A stretch of 64,000 nucleotides of DNA from contig NC_087245.1 in the NCBI RefSeq assembly GCF_037042905.1, positions 23,500,001 to 23,564,000 of the forward strand, given 5' to 3'. Below the pieces are notes generated by a model. The model saw only the letters and a list, made by a program, of their open reading frames with translations. It was not told the origin of the DNA and ran no database searches. Made by a program: the position numbers and the translations under genes. Shown one piece after another: positions 51,756 through 64,000 of this stretch. The stretch is from Lytechinus pictus (Eukaryota). Position 1 is the stretch's first letter; each line of letters starts with the position of its first letter.

Positions 51756-54679
51756 ATGCACATGGCCTTTGTAAGCGGGGGTGCTAAATCACCTCCAAGA
51801 TTTATATGGGGGTGATGTACAGGTTTGATCCAAACACCTTCATTTTGGTGCGGAAAACAAACTTTTTATTTTTTATTGTATGATTATTTTGCTTTAAATT
51901 TTAAGTATTTTCCTTTGTCAAAACTGCTATTTTGGTATTATTGGTTTTAGTAAACATGTAATATTCATCTTTTTCTTATTTTTATTTTCACAGTTTTCCT
52001 TTCTTTTCTTTTTTCTTTCTTTCTTTCTTTCTTTCTTTCTTTCCCTCTTCCTTTTAAGGGGGTAACTACCCCACTTATCTAAAATTTAGGAGGGCGTGCC
52101 CCTTCCCCTCGCTTCCATTTATCGCTACCTTTCCCATTCCCTTCGTTAGTCTGGTAACCTTATTTCGACGTCAAAGAGTCCACTCTATTGTTCTACAACA
52201 CAACGAACATGACTAAAGAAAGAAAATTGGGAGAGAGAAGTAAAATGAAAGGATCTGAAAACGAAAATAAAACGACGTGTGACCAGGTTGAATTCTCTTA
52301 TTCACAAAGTGCAACCCTGGACATGTAGGAATGGGGGGTCTGAACATGTGATTTTTGAAATCTTGAAATGAAAATCATTACATCATTATGGAATATAAAC
52401 AGGGGAAAAGACAAACAAGAACATAGCAGACATTTTCGTTTCTAATATTAAAATGTCCTTTATTTTTTCTCCTATTTCTTGTCTTGTCCAAGGTTGGAGG
52501 TTGGTTGCTAGCGACCCCCTCCCTTCACGCTAGCGCATTTACACACTGACGAGGCGGATCGGAGAGATGAAATCATATATCTCCAGAATGGACGATGAAA
52601 AAAAATTAAAATTATTGAAAGGGGGAGCGGGAACGCTATAGATTATGCCTATACCTGCGGCCCCCTAAAAAAAATGGAGACGAGGGAAGTGGAAGGGGCG
52701 AGTAGCGTATAAGTTCTAAGTAATGATAATAATAGTAATAAAATAATATAATATTTATATAGCACATGTGTCCATCTTGTTAGGTGCTCAAGGTGCCCAT
52801 GTATTATTATCACTGCTTGATTCGTGTGATCAAAACGAACATACCTATAATCCTTTATTTGAGCCCCTCCCCCGCGCAAACGAAAAACACTACGAACTTC
52901 CACAACCATGCAAGGGAGAGGGGGGGGGAGAAGTGGTGTTCATTTTCAAAAGTGATCATATTATTTTATTTTTTGCTCACGAGCTACACTCCATCGTAAA
53001 TGTTCAAAATGTTTGTCGGTATAGCCCTTGATTCTACAAATGTTTTACACTCTCCTCAGTCACATTTTCTTTCACCATACCCAGGGCAGTACAGGCTTTC
53101 ATCAGTTAAAGGTAGGGGTGGGAATTATCATTCACACTTTCCCGATAGGCCGCCAAAATCATTTTTTTTTTTTTTTTTTTTTTTTTTGGGGGGGGGGGCA
53201 TTATTCACGTTATTATTTATTTATTTATTCATTTATATATTAGAGGGCTTGACCTAATTAAAGATCGAAGTTCTAATGCAGTCTTATCTTTATCTCATGA
53301 GGTCTAAATATATCACATGCAAGCTAAATTTATTGTATATTTTTATTTAGAACTGAGAATTGAATATTCTGGGCAGTTATTGTAATCATGAAGAAGATGC
53401 GTATCTAACGAAAAGATTCGTGCGAGCGCGAAACACAGAAGTAATTTTTAATATACTCACCTACAAAAGTATTCGTTTTGCAGTGACTCATGAATGTACA
53501 TGTAATACAAATCTCACCAATCAATAAAATGCGAGAGCGAGTTGTACATTTTCAATATCTGGGACAGAAAAATGTATATTCGAATCACATTTTCAACCAT
53601 AAATTGGATGGATATATAAGCATAACTTTATGATGCGAGCGTGCATGAAGCGCGAACAGAAATTCGAATTTTCCGCCCGAAACTCGGACAATCTAAGCAC
53701 TTTTTCTGTCATGTACAATATGAGTATTATTGAGAACTGAACATGTTAACCACGTTTTGAAATCATAACCAGGATGAGTATGTAATCAAACAATTAATGC
53801 GAGCGCGAAGCGCGAGCTGATTATTATTTTTTTTAATTCAGATCTAAAAACTGGAAAGTTCAAGTCCCGTTTTTTATTTAAAGAAGAAACGTCATATTAG
53901 AAAATTAGACGCGAGGTGATTTTCCCCCTGGATTTAGACCTAAAACGATACATAAAAAGCAATGGAACCATGAACAGAATGGCTATATATATATATATAT
54001 ATAACTCAACAATCGATTAGAGCGCGGAGCGCAAGCTGATATTTCTTCCGACATGAAAAGTGGACTTTATTACATGGCGTATCTAGCCGGGGCGGCAATG
54101 GAGGCACGTGCCCCGGGTGCTACTTTCAGTGGTGCAAAAACGGGAGATAGATGCAAAGAAAGAAAGGAAAAAAATGAATAGAAAAAGCAAAGGAATTAAG
54201 ACGCTGAAAAAAGGAATACCGCTGACGGTAATACCCCCGTTCTCTGTACCATTAATGCACTTTTCAACATAAAAAAATAATCTTGCATGTCTTTACCCAG
54301 GGATGAATATTCGTGCAACTTTTAATTAGTGATATACTTATATTCTCTCCATGAATTCCAACAAACACTCCTTATAAAAAAAAATAGTTTTTCAAACTCA
54401 AATGTCATAACTTTTCATCTATAGCTACGAGTTTGCATTATTTTTATACCTTTCTTTTCATTAATTCTTGCAAACAGTTCGGAAATATAATTTTCTGGTT
54501 TGTCAAAGCTTCTCACCACGCTCTGATTTTGATGAGGGAGATAAAAACTCTCCATTATACATTTTTAGGTGAGGATATACAAAATATCATCTCGCGCTTC
54601 GCGCTCACATTAGGGCCTACCCCGATGAGATACGTATCCTTTTCATGAATTCCTACAAAAAGCCCCTAAAATTATCCAT

Positions 54680-55320
54680 GCTTTGATTTCCTCCCGATTA
54701 GATTTTTCAAACTCATTGTTCTTTAACCTCCCACAAAAAGATTGGACAAAACTTCAACGTCTACAAAACTCTGCTGCCCGTCTCCTAACATACACTAAAA
54801 AGTATGACTCCATCTCGCCAATCCTCCAGTCCTTACATTGGCTGCCTGTTGATAAAAGAATCTCCTTCAAAATTATTTTACTATTATTCAATTTATTCTC
54901 TCTTCCCCCACATATCTCCGCAGCTCTATCTCAAAATATCAGCCTTCACGCATTCTCCGCTCATCATTCTGATGCTCTATTGCTCCAGACACCCAGAACC
55001 AAACACAAATGGGGGGATGCATTCTCTGTTATAGGACCAAAGCTATGGAATCGATTGCCTATCCAATTACGCCAAATTTTCATCAACAGAAACATTCAAG
55101 TCCCAGTGAAAACTAAATTTTGATCTCCCATTAACATTCAGGAGAATTCAAATTCTATTCTTTTTCGTTTTCTATTGTTGTTGGGTGTTGTGTTTATTTT
55201 TCTACAAGCGCCATGAGCACCGAAAGGTGGACGCGTGCGCTATATAAGAAGCCACCAATATTATTATTATTATTGTTATTATTATTATTATCATTATTAT
55301 CATTATCATCATTATTATTA
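54680..55320 (+). mobile_element. 5'-truncated L2-clade LINE (C-terminal part of ORF2 plus 3' tail)
   Basis: ORF 54683..55123 reads SRLDFSNSL...LQRLQNSAARLL...ISPILQSLHWLPV...AFSVIGPKLWNRLP, typical of the L2 ORF2 region downstream of RT; tail AAGCGCC...GCGCTATATAAG then (ATT)n. Confidence 0.9.
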
Positions 55321-55515
55321 AGATTTCCCCTCAATATTAATTTTTCAGCTCGCCCGTCGTGCTTGCATGAAATGCTTAATTAGACAAGCATCGATATGTC
55401 ACGATTGTAGGTCTCAATATCAATAATTTTCGGCTCGCGCTTCGCGAATGCGTTCATTGTCTGGATATGCTTCATGTTAATTATTACAAAAAGTGCTTAG
55501 AATATTCCTTTTTAA

Positions 55516-56110
55516 AGGGGAATCCAACCCAAATAAAAACTTGTTTTTATAAGAAAAAGAAAAATCAGACAAGTTGATAGATTAAAGTTTGAACAATATT
55601 GGACAAACAACAAGAAAGTTATGAATTTTTAAAAGTTGTAAATATTGGTAATCACTATACTCATGGAGACTCCAAATTGGCCGCATATCGGATTTCATAG
55701 TGATGTAAGGCAAGGACTACTCTTCAATGTACTCCAATACATGTTCTGGCTAAAATGTCATTTTTCCCAAAAGTTTTATTTCAAATTACATTTTTCTTTC
55801 ATGAGGACATTAAACAATATGCAACCTGGGTTATATTTAGATTACTGCCCCAGGGGAATGGGTACTTAGGAGAAAACCACAAATCCCTGATAATAAAGTA
55901 CATGGTCTATGGGAAAGTTGTCCTTGCCCCTTGTCATCATTTACTTACCCAGTTGCCAATTTGAAATCTACATACTATTAGTGATCTCAATTTTAAAGCA
56001 GCTATAACCTTCTTATTGCTTGTCCGATTTCTTTCAAACTTTCACCATTCTTTTTAATTTATTTTTCTCCTTCCCAACACAACATTTTATGGCCAAGGCT
56101 GGATTCCCCT
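55516..56110. mobile_element. Kolobok-type MITE, family B
   Basis: TTAA|AGGGGAATCCAACCC ... GGCTGGATTCCCCT|TTAA; reverse complement of 28469-29056. Confidence 0.9.
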
Positions 56111-57499
56111 TTAAGATCTTAATACTGAAAATAATAGGCACGTGCTTAGCGCTCGCATACGTTGTTTTCGTTAGATACGCATCATTTTCATGATAAAAAA
56201 CCCCGGACTAGAATATTATGTTTTATTTTGACTGGTCGAGTGCAGAGTATATACACAATAGACCTATATTTTGAAAGGGGTGCGATTTTAGCACTTGCCC
56301 GGGCCTCGTTTGTTCTAGATACGCCACTGTGGACATGGTGGACATTAAATTAAACAATGCGAGCGAATAGCGCGAGCTGAATATTATTATGGCCCGACAA
56401 CTGGACATTCTAAGCAGGTTTTTTTAATGTAAATATCAAATTATATGTACCTCAGTAAACAATAATTGCAAGCGCGAAGCACAATAAGCTATTTTTTACA
56501 TGTAGACATAAAAACTAGACATTCCTTTTGCACTTCTTGTAATAATGAATACGAAGGGTATATCATGCTCAACAATATTTTTTTTTTTTATATAATTGAT
56601 CATGACTGGACGTTGTAAAACAATAAAGAACAAGCTGTTTGTAGCGCGAACTAAATTTACTGACATAAAAGTGAATATTTTAAAAGCGCTGCCCAACACG
56701 TAAGAAACTTGTGAAGATGATAATGGAACAGTCTGAATGATGCGAGCGCGAAGCGCGAGCTAACAATTTTGGCGACTGGGACATATGGCCGGGCAATTTT
56801 AATCACTGTACGTAAAAAAAAATGGGCTTGATTGTAAGGCGATTTAGACCTAAAACCTATATACATTCAAATCTCTCTCGGAACATGAAGCAATTAATTA
56901 GAACCGCCCTGTGTGACAGTATATTCTAATCACTGTCGGTATAGCATATATATACACGGAGTAATGGAACATTCCTTCGTGATCCAACAGTTATATCATT
57001 TTTCCGGTAGGCGTCAGTCCGACAGCCTCTTTTCTTTTCATTTTTTTTCTTTCCTTCTTCCACTTTTCTTCTTTCTCTTCTTCCCCATCCTCACTTCTAT
57101 TTTCCCCCTCTCCCCCTTACCCCGACATGGGAAGGGGGGGGGGGTCATACCCTGTTAGAGACGGCCTTTCAATATCGACGGAAATACAATTATGCTCATT
57201 CACAAGAATTTGTTTTAAAATACACGAATTTAAGTGTATTGTTATGTGATAGTTGTGGTGATCATGTATGACTAATTGTTCCATGGAATTTGAATGTTTC
57301 AGTGATTGGATCGAGCAGAAAAGGGAACTTTCGTGATTGATAACGTTTGACTAATTACACTATTTCATTTTTCATTATTTTCCCCAAATGAATGATATCA
57401 TGAGGATATATTATTTTACATTTGTTTTATATTGATTTGTTATACTCGTATTTATTAGAAATTTTCATATTGTAATGCTAATTTAATTGATTTATTTTT

Positions 57500-57710
57500 A
57501 GGGACCCCGGGGAAGAACAGGTTGGCTATCAATAGCCAATATGAAACGGGTCTATCCCTACGATTCTGTATTACATGCATTGTAAGCTTCATTACTGTTA
57601 TATTGTTAATTTGTTATATTGTTTTTTTTTTATTATTTGATTATGTAATGTTATTTTGTTTATATTTATGCATTTTTTTAATCGTGAATAAAACCAACCA
57701 ACCGACCAAT
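57500..57710 (+). mobile_element. Possible LINE 3' UTR remnant
   Basis: GGGACCCCGGGGAAGAACAG...GGGTCT stem-loop-like motif, T-rich UTR, AATAAA and a short (ACCA)n tail. Confidence 0.35.
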
Positions 57711-60700
57711 ATAAACAATACCAGATCGAAGGTAAAGGATGCTTCATATACGCTGAGGTTTCATATAAATTGTATGAAGAAAATCAATAACCAATTTACA
57801 GGTTTTCAGGTAAACGAGCTAGAAAAGAACACAAAAGACTATTTTCACGTAAGGTTCATATAGTAATCAGGGATGTGTAAAAAAAAATCAGACTTCTTTT
57901 TTACTGTAAAGAATTTACGGAAGGAGGATCGAGAGAGGGGAAGCAGAAGAAAAGAAAAGAGCGGCCGAAAGAAATGGAAAATGTAAAAGAAAAGTGATAT
58001 GATTTGAAAGATGTCATGAGCGGATTATATGGCGGAGAAACTGAAAGAATTATTGACCCCAATCATGGATAAAATTAAATACGATTCCTACCCCTTACAG
58101 AAAAACCATAAAAAAAATAAAAAAAACCAACAAAGTTTATGGATAATAATTTGTAGGTCTAATAGTCATTATAGTCCGGGGTCTAGGAGTCGAGATGTTT
58201 TCGGTTTGCAACTACCCTATCTACCACGTTCTAAAATAAAGTCCAAAACGGATAGGCCCCGATCGATCGGAGGGGGGGGGGGGCAATACGTTGATCATGT
58301 TGATCATATAGTTTCTCCCCGGGAGTTTCTCATAAGCATCTTACGTGAAGATAGGCCTACCGAAGATTTTGATGGGATGGATCAAATCCGGGATGGGAAT
58401 ATCTTTGTTTAGTTGGGGGAGCTCGTGGAGAACGTAAAAACACACACACACACACACACAAAAAAAACAAAACACGATGGTGGATGTTTCCATGCCAGGG
58501 GGGGGGGGGGGGAGAAGGAGAGGTCACTGCCTTTATTCCGAGTTCCTACCCAGCTATGCCCCGTGCATGTAAACATGCACATGACACACGAAGGCCTGTG
58601 ACTACGTGGACGTAACATGACCAGAGTGGAGTTCGGATACATATTACAGCTCCATGATATTGCATTACATGGAGCTATATTGCATTCTCTTCTCGAACCA
58701 GTCGACGGACGTTTGCTATATCGTGACCAGGTAAAAGAGAATTATCAACAACCACAAGGATATCTTGTAGTGCATGCAAAGGTAAACTAAAGAAAAGAAC
58801 AGAGGGGATTTTTTTTTTTGGGGGGGGGGCACAATATAGCTTCTGGAAAATCACGCTCCATCCCCGGCCCCCATGATCCACCAAAAAAAACTACTGTACT
58901 ACTCTACACTGTAGATCCGAGATTGTATTTGTAGCCCCGGTTTGTCGCGTTCTTTTCTGTTGTTGTCGTTTTATTTGCTACTAATTTACGTCGCCAAAAT
59001 ATAAATTCATCAAAATCCCATGGTCTGTAAGTCTACAAAGTTCATTATGAGGCATACATGTAGCATATTCAAATGTACAGACCACAGACGGAATGGACAT
59101 TCACGAGTTCGACACAGTTTGACAGTATGATCATGGACCTATGATATTCCCCCAATGTTATGGTCAAGCGACACACACATACACCCTTTCACACAGGCAA
59201 TAAGCAACGCACATGCATCGATCGCTTATCGCACACACCGAGCGGAGACACAGAAAAAGCCAAAAACAAACTAACTTCGCCCACAGATCACGCAAGAAGC
59301 GAAATTCCCCGTGGTAAGCTCCGCCTACTTTCTTGCATACATCACAAGGTGGCGCTATATAATATCGATTTAAATTGGAAACGGAATCATGAATCAACCG
59401 TCGAGAAGTGCATTTTTCTCTTCAAACATTGCCTCAGATTTTCAGTTTTTAAAAACACTTCCCAATCATGTTATGATCCCAAACTTTCACATGGGTATTT
59501 TTGAGCTGTTAGTCAAATGTTCATACCATTTTCAAAAAGCAATATGATAATTTTTTAAATTGCTCACAAAGTGAAACAATCCCTTTAAGGATACCATCAA
59601 ATCATAAAAGTATTTTAATTGAAGCTTTTATACGTGACCCCCAGGAGTAAATGACCAAGTAATCGAACGTGTGAAGGAATAGGGAGAGGTAAAACAACGA
59701 TACCAAAAAATGTTTTAATTTTCTGTCTGTTTGTGTGTTTCCTTTTTTTAACAGTTCTGTCTCCTATATTTCTATTTTATGTAGGCCATTCTCCTTCTCC
59801 CCTTTTCTTATTCAGCCAACTTTCCAAAAGAAAGATGCTATTAAAAAGTAAAAGTGGCTGCTATACGCCTATACCTGCTGAGAGCTTTATGTTGAAACAA
59901 TGAACAAGTACAACTTTAAACTCCTGAAACTCTCCACTTAAAATTGTAATGCTACCTTACGCCATTTTATTTGTTTCGATGAAAGAACCCTCCCCCCTTC
60001 TTCTCCGTCCCCCTCATGCCACCCAAACTTGACAATCCCTTCCCCATCATGCCCATGCTGTTTTTTTCCGCAGCGCACGCACGATGGCGCGCGCTCTCTG
60101 AAAAACAGAGCCACCACCAGTCTATCGTTGTGTAAACATTCTTCGTTCAGGGCTACAACTGTTCTACAAACAATGTCCATCAGGGAACCAGTGTGATCAA
60201 GACACATGGACTTATGACTCCCTGTTCTCCGATCTGCAGATAGGGGGCAATTCCTCAGCTAATTACTACCCCCACCATGAACCCGAACGAAAATAATGTA
60301 GGCACTGTGAATGTGATGCACTCCGAGCATCGCCACAGCGTGTAAAGGTATCCTGTCATCTTGAAAGCTCGAACCGTGTTTGTTTTCAAATCTCAGTTTT
60401 TCTCTAAACATTCTCAAGAATTGAAGGCTACCAAGTGTGATACCTCTTATCGCCTGCAAGTTCCCGTTTTGATCTCAGTCATATCAGCGATGTCGCGAGC
60501 CTCGGAATTCTGACATCTCACGTGAGAAACACTGAAGACTTCAGACTTCAATGAATTCAACTTGTGAGGATATTTTTCTGTGATTAAGTATTAAGTTGCC
60601 ATTGATTTATTTATTGAAACTGTTTCATCGTGTATCCGCAATTATTGAGGGTTTGTTTGATCGTCTATCTCACAGTCACAGGATATACTGATTTGGAATT

Positions 60701-61505
60701 CGTCCAACACTGGAAATACTGCCATTCAAATTTGGTTCCTATCACGGATAAACTACAGTCATCTCCTCCTTATAATGAGCTCTGATTGCCTATTTGTAAT
60801 GGGAATGGACACGGATGCTCTGGCAAAGGGTAACGAAAAAAAAACCCCACAATATTTCCTTTTGATCAATTGCATGATGAGGAGGAACGGAAATGCATTT
60901 TTGAGGTAACACTAACACTCAAAATAACTTCGGTGCAAGTATTAATTTAATTATGAAATTAATGGTTTTAAAACTTAATACTTGAAATATAGGCCTACAT
61001 CGTGAACGGTGTATTGATTAATTTACTCAACAGTGCATTGATGATCCGTCTTTTACGGGGTTCCTGAAAGAATGGATTTCCATTCCTTCTCGTCAAATCA
61101 ATATAAATTAATTAATGTAATGTATGATTACAAAGTTTGTAATATTCTGTAGGTCTACAATGCATGGATGACGGAGAAGGATAAGAGTGCAAGATGAGGA
61201 TTTTATGGTTGCCGGAAATGAAGTGCCGATGATATAGGCCTAAAATACTTCTGATGATTAATTATTTTGTTGTTGTACCATTTTGGGACATATTCTTACA
61301 TTTTTTTGAAGTTCAATAATAGCTCACACGGGGGTCGCCTGTATCTCAGCAAATGCATTTATGAATATAAGATAAAAGGGCTCTTTTCTACCCGCCGATT
61401 TAGAAATCATATAACAGGGTTTATTTCCATATGTGCCCTAAATCCATGAACGCATTGCAAAGAAAATGGTGCTATATTGTGTTAGTAGTAGGCGTAATCA
61501 TAGCT

Positions 61506-61536
61506 AATAGTAGTAGTAGTATTAGTAGTAGTAGTA

Positions 61537-61625
<89 letters not shown>

Positions 61626-61641
61626 TTATTATTATTATTAT

Positions 61642-61725
<84 letters not shown>

Positions 61726-61745
61726 CAGCAGCAGCGGCAGCAGCA
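61506..61745. repeat. (TAG)n microsatellite with (TAT)n and (CAG)n interruptions
   Basis: Read directly; explains the poly-V and poly-L ORFs. Confidence 0.97.
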
Positions 61746-62459
61746 TCAGTGGTGTAGTATTCAGGGATGGCTCTATTGGGGCAGGGGCGACTGTTCTTTG
61801 TGATATTTGAAGTAGTAGAAGTAATGGTGAAAAAAGGGGAGAGACGCCAATGGGGAAGAGAGAAGCGTCAGAGAGATTAAAAGGGATAGGTAGGCCTATA
61901 TATAGCCTTCATATTACTCAATACAATTGTCATGAGGAAAAATTGGTCGTATTGACCGCCCCCCCGGCCTTATCAAAATACCAGAGCGTCACCATGTATA
62001 GTCTGAAGGCAGTGGTGGTATTGTACCCTAAACATGCTAAAAGCAATTTGTTGATGTGGTCGTTGTCAGGGTTTCTTCTTATAAAAATATAACAACGATA
62101 GTGTGATCCTGGTAATTCTTTTTTTTGCGCATAGCCAATTTCCTAAATTTATTGGAATTACAATTATCACGCGGCAACTTTTGAGAGGTTTATGAGGTCG
62201 AACTTGATCATGGCACGGTCCAATTGTAGAGCAAGGCCTTCTGTACCTGAATCACGTGTGGTGAATGAATGGCTTTGCTCCTGGTTATGTTCTTGGATTT
62301 CTGGTTATACTTCGAGAGCAAGATTAGAGAATTTAAAACTTGTTTATACTCTGTAATCCCGTTTTACAACATTTGCTATTTTAGGGTGATGTTTTGAACC
62401 GGCTGTTGAATATCACTAGCAGACTTGCACTTCTTATTTTAATTTCCTCTATCCGTCGA

Positions 62460-62785
62460 GCTGCCCTCCCCCTTCATGTGCCTCTTCCTTAACCCACCCC
62501 ATAAAAATCTCGCCCTCTCTCTCTCTCCCACTCTCTTCCCTTTCTCTATCTCTCTCTAGCCACCCACCCTCCCTCCTCCCTCTCCCCCACACCCTGCAAA
62601 TACACACCCACACCCCCAACAAATACGCCATTCCATCGTTCTCTCTCTCGAGAGATGGTGTCCATAGGGTATTCAAAGTAAAAATTCTGGGTGAATATAA
62701 GGATATACAGTAGGAGATCGAGAGAGGGAGATATATATAGTAATAGAGGGAGGGAGAGAGAGAGGGGGGGGGGGGCAAAAGAGAA
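62460..62785. repeat. Pyrimidine-rich then purine-rich low-complexity block
   Basis: (CT)n/C-rich stretch at ~62510-62650 followed by a (GA)n/G-rich stretch at ~62715-62780. Confidence 0.7.
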
Positions 62786-63384
62786 ATACATAATTTGTTT
62801 CAGTTGCACGCAATCCCCTCACCAAAACAATGGTTGTTAATAATAAAATCATAATATCCGATGAGTACTACCGGTATGATTGAGACTCGGCCAAAATAGA
62901 GCAAGTGTGTTCTAAAACGATCTGACATGATATCAAGTGGTTCAGTCTATTTTGGTTTGAAATGTTATCAGTTAAAGTTCAAGTCCACACAAACGGAAAT
63001 CGGTTTGAATGATCATAATAAAACGTACAATAAGCATAACGCTGCAGATTCCAACAAATTCGTGTAAGAGAGTTTGTAGAGTTGTATTAATATTCGCTTA
63101 TTTATTTCACAAAACATTAAATACAAACAAAAAATAAGATTCGATATGCAAATGAGAGGGTCACATGCACACAATTGTAACTTTTGTAAATTCGGCAATG
63201 CTCTAGTATTTGATTAAATCAGATGATAGTCATGGGGATATCACAGGTACAAGGATAAATAAAATCTTTTTTTGTTATATTATAGGGAGAAAATATAAAT
63301 GTTTTGTACTGTGTATGATTCAGTAAAGAAATCAATAAAAGGGCCTAAATAATATGTGATCATAGTGTCTATTCTTAAACTTAA

Positions 63385-63987
63385 AGGACAAGTCCACCTC
63401 AGAAAAATGTTGATTTAAATCAATAGAGTAAAATCAGACAAACATAATACTGAAAATTTCATCAAAATCGGATGTAAAATAAGAAAGTTATGACATTTTA
63501 AAGTTTCGCTTATTTTTCACAAAATAGTTATACGCACAATTTAGTCACATGCAAAAGAGAGAATCGATGACATCCCTCACTCACTATTTCTTTTGTTTTT
63601 TATTGTTTGAATTATACAATATTTCAATTTTTACAGATTTGACAGTAAGGACCAACTTGACTGAACCATAAAATGTTAAACAATGGTTATTCCACATGTT
63701 CAGGGAGAAATACAACTTTGTTTCACAGGACAATGAGGAGAAAATAAGAATATTTCATATTTCACACAATAAAATACAAAAGAAATAGTGAGTGCGTGAT
63801 GTCATCAGTTCCCTCATTTGCATACCGACCTGGATGTGCATATAACTATTATGTGAAATTAAGCGACACTTAAAAATGTCATAACTTTCTTATTTTACAT
63901 CCGATTTTGATGACATTTTTAGTGTTATGCTTGTGGGATTTTTCTCTTTTTATTAAAGTCAACATTTTCTTGGGGTGGACTTGTCCT
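63385..63987. mobile_element. Kolobok-type MITE, family A
   Basis: TTAA|AGGACAAGTCCACC ... GGTGGACTTGTCCT|TTAA; homologous to 14761-15359. Confidence 0.9.
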
Positions 63988-64000
63988 TTAAATGCCACTC

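Larger units (their letters stand above)
54073..56329. mobile_element. hAT-like MITE hosting nested L2 and Kolobok insertions
   Basis: TGGCGTATCTAG ... CTAGATACGCCACTG inverted termini; CTCGCGCTTCGCG modules on both sides of the nested elements; TSD not clean. Confidence 0.55.

Noticed and set aside
58640..58790. Minus-strand peptide ...GSRRECNIAPC resembling the end of a thrombospondin type 1 repeat
   Set aside because: Upstream in-frame stops, no convincing splice context, and too short to support.
61431..61757. Poly-Val and poly-Leu ORFs
   Set aside because: Translations of the (TAG)n microsatellite.

Overview
This is an AT-rich eukaryotic window, probably from a marine invertebrate; the repeat families are echinoderm/sea-urchin-like, which is inference only. 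No intact protein-coding gene is recognisable, and almost all ORF-track entries are spurious. The window is dominated by a 27,660-bp giant foldback element (21443-49102). Its two ~13.6-kb arms are reverse complements around a ~340-bp loop. It has TATGGGGCGCC...GGCGCCCCATA termini and a perfect 6-bp target-site duplication (CTCTGC), the terminus/TSD signature described for IS3EU DNA transposons. Both arms carry inward-pointing copies of a decayed, spliced THAP-domain gene and several shared nested MITEs. Each arm also has private insertions, deletions or expansions whose ancestral state is preserved in the opposite arm, and arm identity declines from the ends toward the loop. Elsewhere there are many non-autonomous hAT-, Kolobok-, piggyBac-, Tc1/mariner- and CACT-type MITEs, a Penelope-like fragment carrying a minimal hammerhead ribozyme, an L2 LINE fragment, a tRNA-derived SINE and microsatellites. 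Identity values are estimates by eye, and internal boundaries are approximate.
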